Shown here piece after piece: positions 1 to 9,055 of a DNA stretch of 24,000 nt (its first letter is position 1; each line of letters starts with the position of its first letter). Position numbers and translations under genes: made by a program. The stretch is from Alkalihalobacillus bogoriensis ATCC BAA-922 (lineage in GTDB: Bacteria > Bacillota > Bacilli > Bacillales > Bacillaceae_F). The notes below the pieces were generated by a model that ran no database searches, was not told the origin of the DNA, and saw only the letters and a program-made list of their open reading frames with translations. The stretch lies in assembly GCF_000621445.1 (NCBI RefSeq), contig NZ_KK211278.1:295383-319382 (forward strand). Direction: 5' to 3'.

Positions 1-1
1 G

Positions 2-919
2 TTGGATGCCATTATACAAGCGTATCAATTGACGAAAAAATTCAAGGAACAAGTAGTGATCAAACCGCTTGATTTCTCATTAAAAAAAGGAGAGATTTGT
101 GCACTAATTGGAAAAAATGGTGCGGGGAAATCGACTTTATTCAAAATTCTTTCGGGACAAATCATGCCGACTTCGGGAGAGATTCATCTATTTGGTAAAT
201 CTGGGAAAGAGCTCGAGAATGTGAAAAAAAGAATGGGTTTTATAATTGAAACACCTGCATTTTTCCCGGATTTTACTGCCATTCAAAATTTGGAATATTT
301 CCGGATACAACGTGGCGTAGTGGACAAGAAAGTTATTTATGAAGTCCTTGAGATTGTCGGTCTGGCTAATGAAAATAAGAAACGATTTAGAGACTATTCT
401 ATGGGAATGAAGCAGCGGTTAGGCATTGCCCTTTGTCTTTTAAGCAATCCTGATTGTTTAGTGCTTGATGAGCCAATCAATGGTTTGGATGTGGAAGGAA
501 TTATGGAAATCCGCAAATTGTTGAAGAAGCTCAATCAGGAAAAACAAGTAACTATATTCATTTCTAGTCATATTTTAACGGAATTGAAATTGCTAGCAAC
601 ACGTTTTGTATTTATCAAAAATGGTGTAATCGTTGATGATTTAAGTAAAGAGGTTCTGGAAGAGAAGAGTCGGAAACAAATTCTGCTTACTGTTGATGAT
701 ACAGTAAAAGCAGCACAACTATTAGAACGAGCATATGCAGATATTCAGTTTAAAGTCCTTCCTAATCAAGCTATCACCATCCAAAATCATGTAGAGCATA
801 GTGGAGATATCAATCGCCTCTTAGTTGATCATGAAGTGATGGTGAAGGAGTTTCGCATCGAATCACTGAATCTAGAGGAATACTTCTTAGGATTAGTGGA
901 GGGAAATCAAAATGATTAA
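2..919 (+). CDS. ABC transporter ATP-binding protein (ABC-2 / lantibiotic- or bacitracin-resistance type)
   Basis: 305-aa ORF with Walker A GKNGAGKST, ABC signature-like SMGMKQR and Walker B LVLDEP. The TTG start is at position 2, so the start cannot be confirmed at the window edge. It overlaps the next ORF by 8 nt (ATGATTAA). Confidence 0.85.
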   Translation: MDAIIQAYQLTKKFKEQVVIKPLDFSLKKGEICALIGKNGAGKSTLFKILSGQIMPTSGEIHLFGKSGKELENVKKRMGFIIETPAFFPDFTAIQNLEYFRIQRGVVDKKVIYEVLEIVGLANENKKRFRDYSMGMKQRLGIALCLLSNPDCLVLDEPINGLDVEGIMEIRKLLKKLNQEKQVTIFISSHILTELKLLATRFVFIKNGVIVDDLSKEVLEEKSRKQILLTVDDTVKAAQLLERAYADIQFKVLPNQAITIQNHVEHSGDINRLLVDHEVMVKEFRIESLNLEEYFLGLVEGNQND

Positions 920-1658
920 TTATATGAAAAGCGAATGTTATCGTCTACTGCGTAAAAAAGGACCTTATGTAACAGGATTGATATGTTATTTGTTAATTGT
1001 CGCCGCTGCTGCCGTCCTTACTTTATCTGGACAGACTGACCCGAATTTTCCTTACGCAACAAGTAAATTTTTCTATTCAAATGCAATTAGTGCTGGATTG
1101 TTGATTGTCATCGTAGGGTTACTCTTTAATTCAGCTCTCACTGGCAAAGATATCTCTTTGATTAAACAATCTGTTTCTTTCGGTATTTCTCGTAATATCA
1201 TCTTCTGGTCTAAGCTATTTTTGACATTAAGTTATTTTTTACTAGTCTGTGTTGTTGGGATCATTTTAATGATGGTTTTAGGTGAAAACTTGCTATCAAG
1301 TGAAAATCCGTCGGTGAGCAATTTTCTAATTGCATGTGTGAATATGGCTCCGCTTGTTCTGAGTGGATTTTTCCTAACTCATACATTGAAAATGCTCAAG
1401 GTTGGGGAAGGATACATCATTATCGTGTTGATTTTTATTTATGGATTATCTGGAAACTTGCTGCGGGTCTTCCGAGAGATATCAGGCTTAAAGGAGTTAC
1501 ACAATTATGCACCGAATACATTGTTCAATGAAAACTTAACGAGCTTTATGAATGAAGGAGTCCAATTTGCGCTCGAATATTGGATTGTAGGTATCATTAT
1601 TTCCGGGATGGCTTTGCTGATTGGAGCAAAAAGATTCGGAAATCAAAACATCGATTGA
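912..1658 (+). CDS. ABC-2 type transporter permease (multi-pass membrane protein, lantibiotic-immunity MutE/EpiE-like)
   Basis: 248-aa hydrophobic ORF with about 6 predicted TM segments. It is translationally coupled to the upstream ATPase and has a GGAGGG RBS at 899-904. Confidence 0.75.
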   Translation: MINYMKSECYRLLRKKGPYVTGLICYLLIVAAAAVLTLSGQTDPNFPYATSKFFYSNAISAGLLIVIVGLLFNSALTGKDISLIKQSVSFGISRNIIFWSKLFLTLSYFLLVCVVGIILMMVLGENLLSSENPSVSNFLIACVNMAPLVLSGFFLTHTLKMLKVGEGYIIIVLIFIYGLSGNLLRVFREISGLKELHNYAPNTLFNENLTSFMNEGVQFALEYWIVGIIISGMALLIGAKRFGNQNID

Positions 1659-1668
1659 TGGAGAAGGG

Positions 1669-2583
1669 ATGAAGAACGTGAGCAGCTGGTTAATTATAAT
1701 TTTGGTTTTCCTGTTAATTGTTGCACTCTCTAAACTTCTGCTTGTCCATTGGGATATCAGAAAGATGACGAAACAATTAGAGGAAATCAGTGCGAATTTC
1801 GGGACAAATGAATTAGTTCGCACAAATACCCATAATAAAAACTTGGCCCGATTTGCTTCGGAAATTAATCAGCTTATTCAATTATTTAAACAGAATCAGC
1901 AGTCTGTCGAAAGAAGGGAAATGGAACTAAAGCAAGAAATTACGAATATCTCCCATGATTTAAGAACGCCTTTAACATCAATTAAAGGATTTTCAGAGTT
2001 ATTAACAGAACCGTCCATATCTGAAGTAGAAAGGAAAGAGTTTTTAGCAATTATTCAAAAGAAGATTGATAATCTCACCATGATTGTTGATTTATTTTAT
2101 GAACTTTCACAACTCGACTCATCGGACAAGAAATTGACGATGGAAAAGCAGTTTCTCGATCAAATTGTTGTGGAAACAATGCTAATGTTCTATGATGATT
2201 TTGAGAAAAAGCAATTAAAGGTAAACTTAGATGAAGCGAGTGTAACCTCTGTTCTTGCTGACAATAAAGCAACTGTTCGGATTGTAACCAACATTATTCA
2301 GAATGCCTTAACTTATGCTAAAAGTTATTTAACAATTAATTATGTAGAGGAAGAGCAATATATTTGGTTAAGGGCAGTAAATGATGTTGAGAACATTAAT
2401 ATTACGGAACTTCAACAGATTTTTAATAGAACATTCAGGTTGGACACAAGTCGATCTGGTACCCAGCTTGGATTAGGACTTCATATTGTTCAGCAACTTG
2501 TTAACAAACAGGGAGGAAAAGCGCTTGCTCATGTCCGTGAAAATGAGTTTATCATTGAGGTATCGTTTAGAAAATCGATTTAG
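1669..2583 (+). CDS. Sensor histidine kinase (HisKA/HATPase_c) with a single N-terminal TM segment
   Basis: H-box ISHDLRTPLTSIKGF, then N-box-like IIQNALTYA and G-box-like GLGLHIV. I prefer the ATG at 1669 (RBS GGAGAAGGG at 1660-1668) over the TTG at 1621 in the ORF track. The gene starts 11 nt after the permease stop. Confidence 0.85.
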   Translation: MKNVSSWLIIILVFLLIVALSKLLLVHWDIRKMTKQLEEISANFGTNELVRTNTHNKNLARFASEINQLIQLFKQNQQSVERREMELKQEITNISHDLRTPLTSIKGFSELLTEPSISEVERKEFLAIIQKKIDNLTMIVDLFYELSQLDSSDKKLTMEKQFLDQIVVETMLMFYDDFEKKQLKVNLDEASVTSVLADNKATVRIVTNIIQNALTYAKSYLTINYVEEEQYIWLRAVNDVENINITELQQIFNRTFRLDTSRSGTQLGLGLHIVQQLVNKQGGKALAHVRENEFIIEVSFRKSI

Positions 2584-2653
2584 GATGGGACATGCCGCTT
2601 CTTTTTGAACGTATTTATATAGGATTAAAAGTAATGGGAAAAGTCTTTAAATT

Positions 2654-2690
2654 AAAGGATTAAGCAAAATGCTTAATCCTTTCTTTATTT
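2654..2690 (+). terminator. Rho-independent terminator after the histidine kinase gene
   Basis: Perfect 12-bp stem aaaggattaagc / gcttaatccttt with loop aaaat, followed by the T-rich ctttattt. Confidence 0.7.
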
Positions 2691-2757
2691 CCAATAACCT
2701 TTTGTTTGCGCCAAGTGTAGTTCGAACAAGCTAAAGAAAAAAAGGATGAGAATTGAC

Positions 2758-3783
2758 ATGGAACCCTTTATTCCACAGCTTGTTTATATAGAACCACAAG
2801 CGCTTGAATACCCATTAGGGAAAGAGCTCCAAGAGAAGTTTGAAAAGATGGGCATTGAAATTCGTCAGACGACATCACATAATCAAGTACGAAATATCCC
2901 TGGAGATAATGAACAACAGCAATATCGAAATGCGAAATCCACTTTAGTTGTTGGCGTGCGAAAAACATTGAAATTTGAACCGTCAAAACCGTCAGCCGAA
3001 TATGCAATTCCGCTTGCGACGGGTTGTATGGGGCATTGCCACTACTGTTACTTACAAACGACAATGGGAGACAAACCATATATTAGAACGTATGTGAATT
3101 TAGAAGATATATTTGCACAAGCAACAGCTTATATCGAAGAACGTAAACCAGAAATAACAAGATTTGAAGCAGCTTGTACATCGGATATTGTTGGCATAGA
3201 TCATTTAACGCATTCGTTAAAGAAAACAATTGAGTTTATCGGGCAAACAGATTTTGGGCGATTACGGTTTGTAACGAAATATCACCATGTCGATCATTTA
3301 CTTGATGCCAAGCACAACGGTAGAACTAGGTTTCGATTTAGTGTCAATTCCAATTATGTCATTAAACACTTTGAACCCGGAACGTCCCCGTTTGAAAAAC
3401 GTATTGAAGCTGCGGGTAAGGTGGCCAAAGCGAATTATCCTCTAGGCTTTATTTTAGCTCCATTATACCGACATGAAGGCTGGGAACAAGGCTATTTAGA
3501 GTTATTCGAACGGCTCGCGGACACATTACCTGATTATGCAAAAAAAGATTTAACGTTTGAAATGATCCAACATCGATTTACAAAAACGGCAAAACGGATT
3601 ATTGAAAAACGCTACCCGAAAACAAAACTTGTCATGAATGAGGATGAGCGTAAATACAAATGGGGAAAATATGGAAGAGGGAAATATGTGTATAAAACTG
3701 ATGAAGCGGACGAGCTAAGAAAAACGATTGAATCTTATATTAATACGTTTTTTCCGATGGCAAAAATAGAATATTTTACATGA
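2758..3783 (+). CDS. splB: Spore photoproduct lyase (radical SAM)
   Basis: Radical-SAM CxxxCxxC motif in GCMGHCHYCYLQ. The N-terminus (PFIPQLVYIEPQALEYPLG) and C-terminus (FFPMAKIEYFT) closely match SplB as I recall it from B. subtilis. The start is ATG 2758, or alternatively ATG 2746. Confidence 0.93.
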   Translation: MEPFIPQLVYIEPQALEYPLGKELQEKFEKMGIEIRQTTSHNQVRNIPGDNEQQQYRNAKSTLVVGVRKTLKFEPSKPSAEYAIPLATGCMGHCHYCYLQTTMGDKPYIRTYVNLEDIFAQATAYIEERKPEITRFEAACTSDIVGIDHLTHSLKKTIEFIGQTDFGRLRFVTKYHHVDHLLDAKHNGRTRFRFSVNSNYVIKHFEPGTSPFEKRIEAAGKVAKANYPLGFILAPLYRHEGWEQGYLELFERLADTLPDYAKKDLTFEMIQHRFTKTAKRIIEKRYPKTKLVMNEDERKYKWGKYGRGKYVYKTDEADELRKTIESYINTFFPMAKIEYFT

Positions 3784-3886
3784 TTCGTGTTTTTCCGTTG
3801 TTGTTGGCTTTTCATTATAGTAAAATAGATACAATGCAAGAACGGAATGCCTGTTGCATTCATGGTGAAAGATTGGAGGAGACACC

Positions 3887-4315
3887 ATGCCAACACCGAG
3901 TATGGAAGATTATTTAGAACGAATATATTTGTTAATTGAGGATAAAGGATATGCGCGCGTTTCAGATATAGCAGAAGCATTAGAAGTCCACCCTTCTTCA
4001 GTTACCAAGATGGTCCAAAAGCTTGATAAAAGTGAATATTTAATTTATGAAAAATACCGAGGGCTTGTTTTAACAGCAAAAGGAAAAAAAGTAGGAAAGC
4101 GTCTTGTGTATCGCCATGATCTTCTTGAAGATTTCATGAAGATAATTGGCGTTTCAAGTGAAAATATTTACGCTGATGTAGAAGGAATTGAACACCATCT
4201 TAGTTGGGATGCAATTGACCGCATCGGTGACTTAGTTCAATTTTTTCAAGAAGATGAGTCAAGAGTCAATTCTTTGCGAATCGTACAAAAACGAAATGAG
4301 GAAGAGCAATCTTAA
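3887..4315 (+). CDS. mntR: Manganese transport regulator MntR (DtxR family)
   Basis: 142 aa. [32 protein letters not shown]...[10 protein letters not shown]...IEHHLSW is near-identical in pattern to B. subtilis MntR. RBS GGAGGAG lies upstream. Confidence 0.93.
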   Translation: MPTPSMEDYLERIYLLIEDKGYARVSDIAEALEVHPSSVTKMVQKLDKSEYLIYEKYRGLVLTAKGKKVGKRLVYRHDLLEDFMKIIGVSSENIYADVEGIEHHLSWDAIDRIGDLVQFFQEDESRVNSLRIVQKRNEEEQS

Positions 4316-4335
4316 TGGAGATTGTTCTTTTTTTA
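4302..4335 (+). terminator. Rho-independent terminator overlapping the mntR stop codon
   Basis: Stem aagagcaatc / gattgttctt (10 bp, one G-U pair) with loop ttaatgga, followed by a run of Ts. Confidence 0.65.
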
Positions 4336-4769
4336 GGTAAGAAAGAAAAGATTTGGTCTAGCAGTGAAGTTTTCAAGAAAAGAGAAGGCTCCTCACCTGA
4401 GTGTTTCACCCCAAAAAGAGCAATTGGATTCACTGGAAAAAGCGGGCAGGACTCCGCACTTCGCTTGAAACAAAAAGGCACTCCTGCGTTTATTTTAAAA
4501 TTTAGGTTATTAGCAATGAAGCGTTGAAAAGCTTTTTCCTTCTTGTTTTTAAAGGAAAGAATACAAACTGATATCATATTGTAATGGATGGAACTTTTTT
4601 GAATAGTGAAACCTGTCTATTTCCCGCTTTTTTTGTTAGGGATAAAGTTACTACTTTTAATTAATAGAATAGATGAGTTGGTTAAAGACATTAAACGCTC
4701 CCTGCAAAATTAATTTGTTAGGCACAATCCCTTATTTCATTCATACAATTGAGTTAGGGGGGTGTTTCA

Positions 4770-5660
4770 ATGTTAATTGATGGTGTGTTTGCAGGTGGAG
4801 GGGTAAAATCTTTTGCTTTTATCGGCGCACTTCAAGTATTAGAGGAGAGGAATTATTCCTTTGAACGAGTGGCAGGAACTAGTGCTGGATCGATTGTAGC
4901 TTCCTTTGTTAAAGCCGGTTATACAAGTGAGGAAATATATAATCTCATTAATGAATTGGATGCACAGTCCCTGATGGATTACCGAAAAACATGGATCCCG
5001 AATAAATTTATGAGATGGTTCTTATTGTATTATAAATTAGGTTTATATAAAGGTGAACATTTAGAAAAATGGGTGAAAGAAAAATTAGCTGATAAAGGAA
5101 TATCGACCTTTGGAGATTTACCAGAGGGATGCTTGAAAATTGTTGTGTCGGATATTACACGAGGGCGGATTGTCGTAATACCTGATGATTTGCCTCAATA
5201 TGGTTTAATTCCTGAAAAATTTCCGATAGCGAAAGCCGTTCGGATGAGTAGCAGTATTCCTTATTTCTTTGAACCTGCGAAACTATGGGACCGGCAAGGG
5301 AAAAAGTCATATATCGTTGATGGTGGAGTGTTAAGTAATTTTCCGATTTGGTTATTTATGGATCCTCAAACATTACGTTCGCGCCGTCCTGTCATTGGTT
5401 TTCGGTTAACCCCAAAACTCGAAGATATTCCGAATCGAAAAATCTCCAATGCGTTAGAAATGTTCCATTCTCTATTTGAAACGATGAGAAAAGCACATGA
5501 TATTCGTTATATTATTAAAGAGCATGCCCAAAACATCGTTTTTATCCCGATTGACGATGTGAAAGCAACCGATTTTGATTTATCTGATGAAATGAAACAG
5601 CAGCTTGTTCAGTTAGGGAAGATGAAAACGGAATTGTTTTTAAAAAAATGGCAGTATTAA
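4770..5660 (+). CDS. Patatin-like phospholipase (YqhO-like)
   Basis: N-terminal glycine-rich GGGVKS oxyanion motif and GTSAGS (GxSxG) nucleophile elbow, with DGG near residue 184. RBS AGGGGGGTG. Its position next to mntR matches B. subtilis yqhO. Confidence 0.88.
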   Translation: MLIDGVFAGGGVKSFAFIGALQVLEERNYSFERVAGTSAGSIVASFVKAGYTSEEIYNLINELDAQSLMDYRKTWIPNKFMRWFLLYYKLGLYKGEHLEKWVKEKLADKGISTFGDLPEGCLKIVVSDITRGRIVVIPDDLPQYGLIPEKFPIAKAVRMSSSIPYFFEPAKLWDRQGKKSYIVDGGVLSNFPIWLFMDPQTLRSRRPVIGFRLTPKLEDIPNRKISNALEMFHSLFETMRKAHDIRYIIKEHAQNIVFIPIDDVKATDFDLSDEMKQQLVQLGKMKTELFLKKWQY

Positions 5661-5700
5661 AAAGAATCGAGCTTAAAAAAGCGCTCGATTCTTTTTTTTA
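5661..5700. terminator. Terminator hairpin between convergent genes (strong on +, weaker on -)
   Basis: 12-bp stem aaagaatcgagc / gctcgattcttt followed by ttttttta on the + strand. The stop codon of the minus-strand ORF lies within the loop. Confidence 0.7.
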
Positions 5701-6026
5701 TTTTTCTTTCCTTCTATTACTTTAAAATTATGTTCGGTTTTCCGCTTCTGTAAAGGTTTGCTTCGTTTTATTGCACTCGGGTTTTTACTCCGGTGTGGTA
5801 CGATATTGCTTGCTTTTTTAATTGGACGGTGAGAGCTTTGTTTTGGCATTCCATATTGTTTTGCAAGAAAGCGCTTATAAAGAAAGAACAAGACAAACGC
5901 AATCGCAGAAAAAATAAGCACTTGAGTGATTATTCGCATTGGATCAGTTATGAGAGTGTACATGAACCCAAAGATAGCTAACCCGATTAAAAGCAAAACA
6001 AGCGGATTGATTCGAAGACGCGACAT
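5673..6026 (-). CDS. Small membrane protein with a basic C-terminal tail (YqhP-like by position)
   Basis: Two hydrophobic segments followed by a Lys/Arg-rich tail. I prefer the ATG at 6026 (MSRLRINP...), which has RBS GGAGGTG 6 nt upstream, over the TTG at 6041. Confidence 0.6.
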   Translation of the reverse strand: MSRLRINPLVLLLIGLAIFGFMYTLITDPMRIITQVLIFSAIAFVLFFLYKRFLAKQYGMPKQSSHRPIKKASNIVPHRSKNPSAIKRSKPLQKRKTEHNFKVIEGKKNKKKNRALF

Positions 6027-6274
6027 ACAACTCACCTCCAATTAAAATCTTTTAATGTGAAAATCTAGTAGCGTTTTATAAAGAAAACTATATTTATTAT
6101 TCGATAAGGAAGTCGCAAAATCCTTTTGATTCAAATCTCATTTTATTTCTATACTTTTCCCTTGTTTCTTTTAGATTACACGTATGGATTAAAAAAATGA
6201 ATAAATTTTTTAAAAGAAACATCAATAACGAATAAAATAGCGGGACATACTACGTTATGGAGGTGTAATCAAAC

Positions 6275-6769
6275 ATGGCAAATAGACAACTTGAACAAAA
6301 CCGTAGAGAAGAACCAATGACATTTAATGCAAAAGTAGCAACGATTGGATTTTGTGGAGGGATTTTTTGGAGTCTTATCGGGTATCTTGCATTCTTTTTT
6401 AATTTTATGAGAGTAGGGCCGGCGTTAGTACTGATGCCTTGGGCGTTAGGAGATTGGAAAAATGGGTATATTGGACAAATTGTAGGTATTTTTGTGATTG
6501 GCTTATTATCCATTCTTGTGGCATTTATTTACATGGTGTTGTTAAAAAAATTTAATAATATTTGGGCAGGACTCGCATACGGCTTGGTATTATGGGGACT
6601 TGTGTTTTATTTGTTAAACCCTGTTTTTCATGGATTAAAACCATTAAATCAATTAGATATCAATACGATTATTACATCGATTTGTTTATATATATTATAT
6701 GGGGTGTTCATTGGTTACTCGATTTCATATGAATATGAAGAATTAAACCAAGCTCAACACCGTACATAG
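6275..6769 (+). CDS. Conserved membrane protein (YqhR-like by position)
   Basis: 164 aa with about 4 TM segments and RBS GGAGGTG at 6260-6266. It occupies the slot immediately upstream of aroQ, as yqhR does in B. subtilis. Confidence 0.65.
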   Translation: MANRQLEQNRREEPMTFNAKVATIGFCGGIFWSLIGYLAFFFNFMRVGPALVLMPWALGDWKNGYIGQIVGIFVIGLLSILVAFIYMVLLKKFNNIWAGLAYGLVLWGLVFYLLNPVFHGLKPLNQLDINTIITSICLYILYGVFIGYSISYEYEELNQAQHRT

Positions 6770-6853
6770 TGATTTTTCTGAACTCCTTTCATAGTAAAAA
6801 TGAAACAGCTATGGTAAAATGACCGTATGATCCAATAGGTTAGGGAGAGTGCG

Positions 6854-7306
6854 ATGAAAAAATTACTTGTTGTGAATGGACCGAATTTAAATCGTTTAGG
6901 ATTGCGGGAACCAGAGGTATATGGACGGGTCACTTTGGCAGAATTAGAACAGTCGATTGTCGATTTTGGGAAAGTACATGAGTTTGAAATCACTTGTCGA
7001 CAATCAAATCATGAAGGAGACATTATTGACTGGATTCATAAAGCACAAGATGAAAATGTAACCGGTATTATCTTAAATCCGGGTGCCTTCACTCATTATA
7101 GTTATGCGATTCGTGATGCGATTGCAAGTGTCAATGTTCCTGTTATTGAAGTCCATATTTCAAATGTTCACCAACGAGAAGAATTCCGTCATACATCTGT
7201 AACGGCACCTGTCACAACAGGACAAATTGTTGGATTTGGATTATCTGGTTATACATTAGCTGTATTGGCGTTTAAGGAAAGGGGAATGCAAGATGAGTCG
7301 AATTGA
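6854..7306 (+). CDS. aroQ: Type II 3-dehydroquinate dehydratase
   Basis: NGPNLNRLGLREPEVYG, QSNHEG, NPGAFTHYSYA and EVHISN are hallmarks of type II DHQase. Confidence 0.93.
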   Translation: MKKLLVVNGPNLNRLGLREPEVYGRVTLAELEQSIVDFGKVHEFEITCRQSNHEGDIIDWIHKAQDENVTGIILNPGAFTHYSYAIRDAIASVNVPVIEVHISNVHQREEFRHTSVTAPVTTGQIVGFGLSGYTLAVLAFKERGMQDESN

Positions 7307-8360
7307 GCGTTTGCGTGAGTTGTTTAAAGAACATGAGGTTGATGGCATTTTAATTGCTAGTCCTTATAACCGAAGATATATTGCGAATTTTACAGGGACG
7401 GCTGGGGCTGTTGTTATTTCAGAAAAAGAAGCGAAATTTATTACAGATTTTCGTTATACTGACCAAGCAAAGGAACAAGCGGTTGGATTTGAAGTAGTAC
7501 AACATTCAGGTGCGATTTACACAGAAATTGCAAAACAAGTAGCAGATATGGGCATAAAAAAATTAGGATTTGAGCAAGAACATGTTACATACCAATCCTA
7601 TGATATTTATAAGAAAAACATTACGTGTGAACTTGTCCCTGTCACAGGATTAGTTGAAGAGTTGCGCTTAATTAAAGATGCATCAGAAATTCAAATAATG
7701 ACTGAAGCTGCTCAAATTGCGGATGCTGCTTTTGACCATATTATATCCTTTATTCGTGCAGGGATGTCGGAGCTTGATGTTTCCAATGAGCTTGAATTTT
7801 TTATGAGAAAGCAAGGGGCAGCGTCATCTTCATTTGATATTATTGTCGCTTCAGGTATTCGGTCGGCGTTTCCGCATGGTGTTGCATCCGATAAGATTAT
7901 TCAAAAAGGTGAATTAGTCACTCTTGATTTTGGTGCTTATTATAAAGGGTACTGTTCTGATATAACACGTACATTAGCGATTGGCCAAGTGAGTGACGAG
8001 CTAGTTAATATTTATAACACCGTGAAAGAAGCGCAACAACGTGGAATGGACCAAATTAAGCCTGGATTGACAGGAAAACAAGCCGATGCAATAACGCGTG
8101 ATTATATTACAGAACAAGGATATGGTGAGTTTTTCGGTCATTCAACAGGACATGGATTAGGAATGGAAGTCCACGAAGCACCAGGCTTATCAGTGAAATC
8201 GGACATTGTGTTACGACCAGGCATGGTTGTTACAGTTGAACCAGGTATTTATATTTCAGGTGTCGGCGGTACTCGTATTGAAGATGATACTTTAATTACT
8301 GAAGATGGAAATCAGTCGTTTACAAAGTCAACAAAAGAATTATTATTTGTCGGTGAATAA
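7293..8360 (+). CDS. papA: Xaa-Pro aminopeptidase/dipeptidase, M24B family (YqhT/PapA-like)
   Basis: 355 aa with creatinase-like N-domain and M24 metal-ligand context ([38 protein letters not shown]). It overlaps the aroQ end by 14 nt and lies upstream of efp as in B. subtilis. Confidence 0.88.
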   Translation: MSRIERLRELFKEHEVDGILIASPYNRRYIANFTGTAGAVVISEKEAKFITDFRYTDQAKEQAVGFEVVQHSGAIYTEIAKQVADMGIKKLGFEQEHVTYQSYDIYKKNITCELVPVTGLVEELRLIKDASEIQIMTEAAQIADAAFDHIISFIRAGMSELDVSNELEFFMRKQGAASSSFDIIVASGIRSAFPHGVASDKIIQKGELVTLDFGAYYKGYCSDITRTLAIGQVSDELVNIYNTVKEAQQRGMDQIKPGLTGKQADAITRDYITEQGYGEFFGHSTGHGLGMEVHEAPGLSVKSDIVLRPGMVVTVEPGIYISGVGGTRIEDDTLITEDGNQSFTKSTKELLFVGE

Positions 8361-8423
8361 TTAAAAAACATGTGGTATAGTTTAAATTGAAAGACGTAGT
8401 ACATACAGATGGAGGAACTATTT

Positions 8424-8981
8424 ATGATTTCGGTTAATGATTTTAAAACTGGTTTAACGATTGAAGTTGACGGAGGTATTTGGCAAGTAATGGAATTTCA
8501 ACACGTAAAGCCAGGTAAAGGAGCGGCATTTGTTCGTTCTAAACTTCGCAATCTTCGTACAGGATCTGTTCAAGAAAAAACATTCCGCGCAGGTGAAAAG
8601 GTAGCGAAAGCACATATCGAAAACCGTCGCATGCAATATTTATATGCTAGTGGTGATGTGCATACATTTATGGACAACGAGTCATATGAGCAAATTGAGC
8701 TGACCTCTTCTCAAATTGAGTATGAATTAAAGTTCTTAAAAGAAAATATGGATGTTCAAATTATGCAGTATCAAGGGGAAATGTTAGGAATTGAAGTTCC
8801 TAACACGGTTGAACTTGAAGTAACAGAAACGGAACCAGGCATTAAAGGTGATACAGCAAGCGGAGGAACAAAACCTGCCACATTAGAAACAGGCTTAACC
8901 GTACAAGTGCCGTTCTTTGTGAACCAAGGTGATGTTCTTATCATTGATACTCGAAATGCAGCTTATGTTTCTAGAGCCTAA
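8424..8981 (+). CDS. efp: Translation elongation factor P
   Basis: [47 protein letters not shown] is canonical EF-P. The start is ATG 8424 with RBS GGAGG at 8411-8415. Confidence 0.96.
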   Translation: MISVNDFKTGLTIEVDGGIWQVMEFQHVKPGKGAAFVRSKLRNLRTGSVQEKTFRAGEKVAKAHIENRRMQYLYASGDVHTFMDNESYEQIELTSSQIEYELKFLKENMDVQIMQYQGEMLGIEVPNTVELEVTETEPGIKGDTASGGTKPATLETGLTVQVPFFVNQGDVLIIDTRNAAYVSRA

Positions 8982-9000
8982 TATTTGAATGTATGATAAA

Positions 9001-9037
9001 AGAGTTGGAAATCCAAAGGATTTTCAGCTCTTTTTTT
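9001..9037 (+). terminator. efp Rho-independent terminator
   Basis: 14-bp stem agagttggaaatcc / ggattttcagctct (two G-U pairs) with loop aaa, followed by ttttttt. Confidence 0.8.
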
Positions 9038-9055
9038 GTTGTTTATGCTAATTAA

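Noticed and set aside
3833-3859. Small inverted repeats (aatgcaa/ttgcatt and gaatgc/gcattc) just upstream of mntR, considered as a possible operator
   Set aside because: They are short and AT-rich and do not resemble the MntR box as I recall it. I cannot distinguish them from chance without comparative data.
4266-4577. ORFs 4315-4527 (+, 70 aa) and 4266-4577 (-, 103 aa) after mntR
   Set aside because: Neither has an RBS. The minus-strand ORF overlaps the mntR 3' end and terminator. Their translations are low-complexity and basic. The region is treated as non-coding and reported as a finding instead.
4742-4749. Perfect sigma-E -10-like CATACAAT upstream of the patatin-like gene
   Set aside because: There is no ATATT-type -35 at the correct distance. 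The implied TSS would sit on or next to the RBS (4756-4764), leaving essentially no leader.
4316-4769. Possible yybP-ykoY Mn2+ riboswitch or other riboswitch next to mntR
   Set aside because: I could not find the conserved GGGGAGUAG / UUGACAUA-type cores or any recognisable riboswitch consensus. The downstream gene, a patatin lipase, is not a typical riboswitch target.
6229-6252. Sigma-G-like -10 (CATACTA at 6246-6252) with GAATA at 6229-6233, upstream of the YqhR-like gene
   Set aside because: The spacing between the two elements is about 12 nt rather than 17-18 nt. The implied TSS would fall on the RBS (GGAGGTG at 6260-6266).
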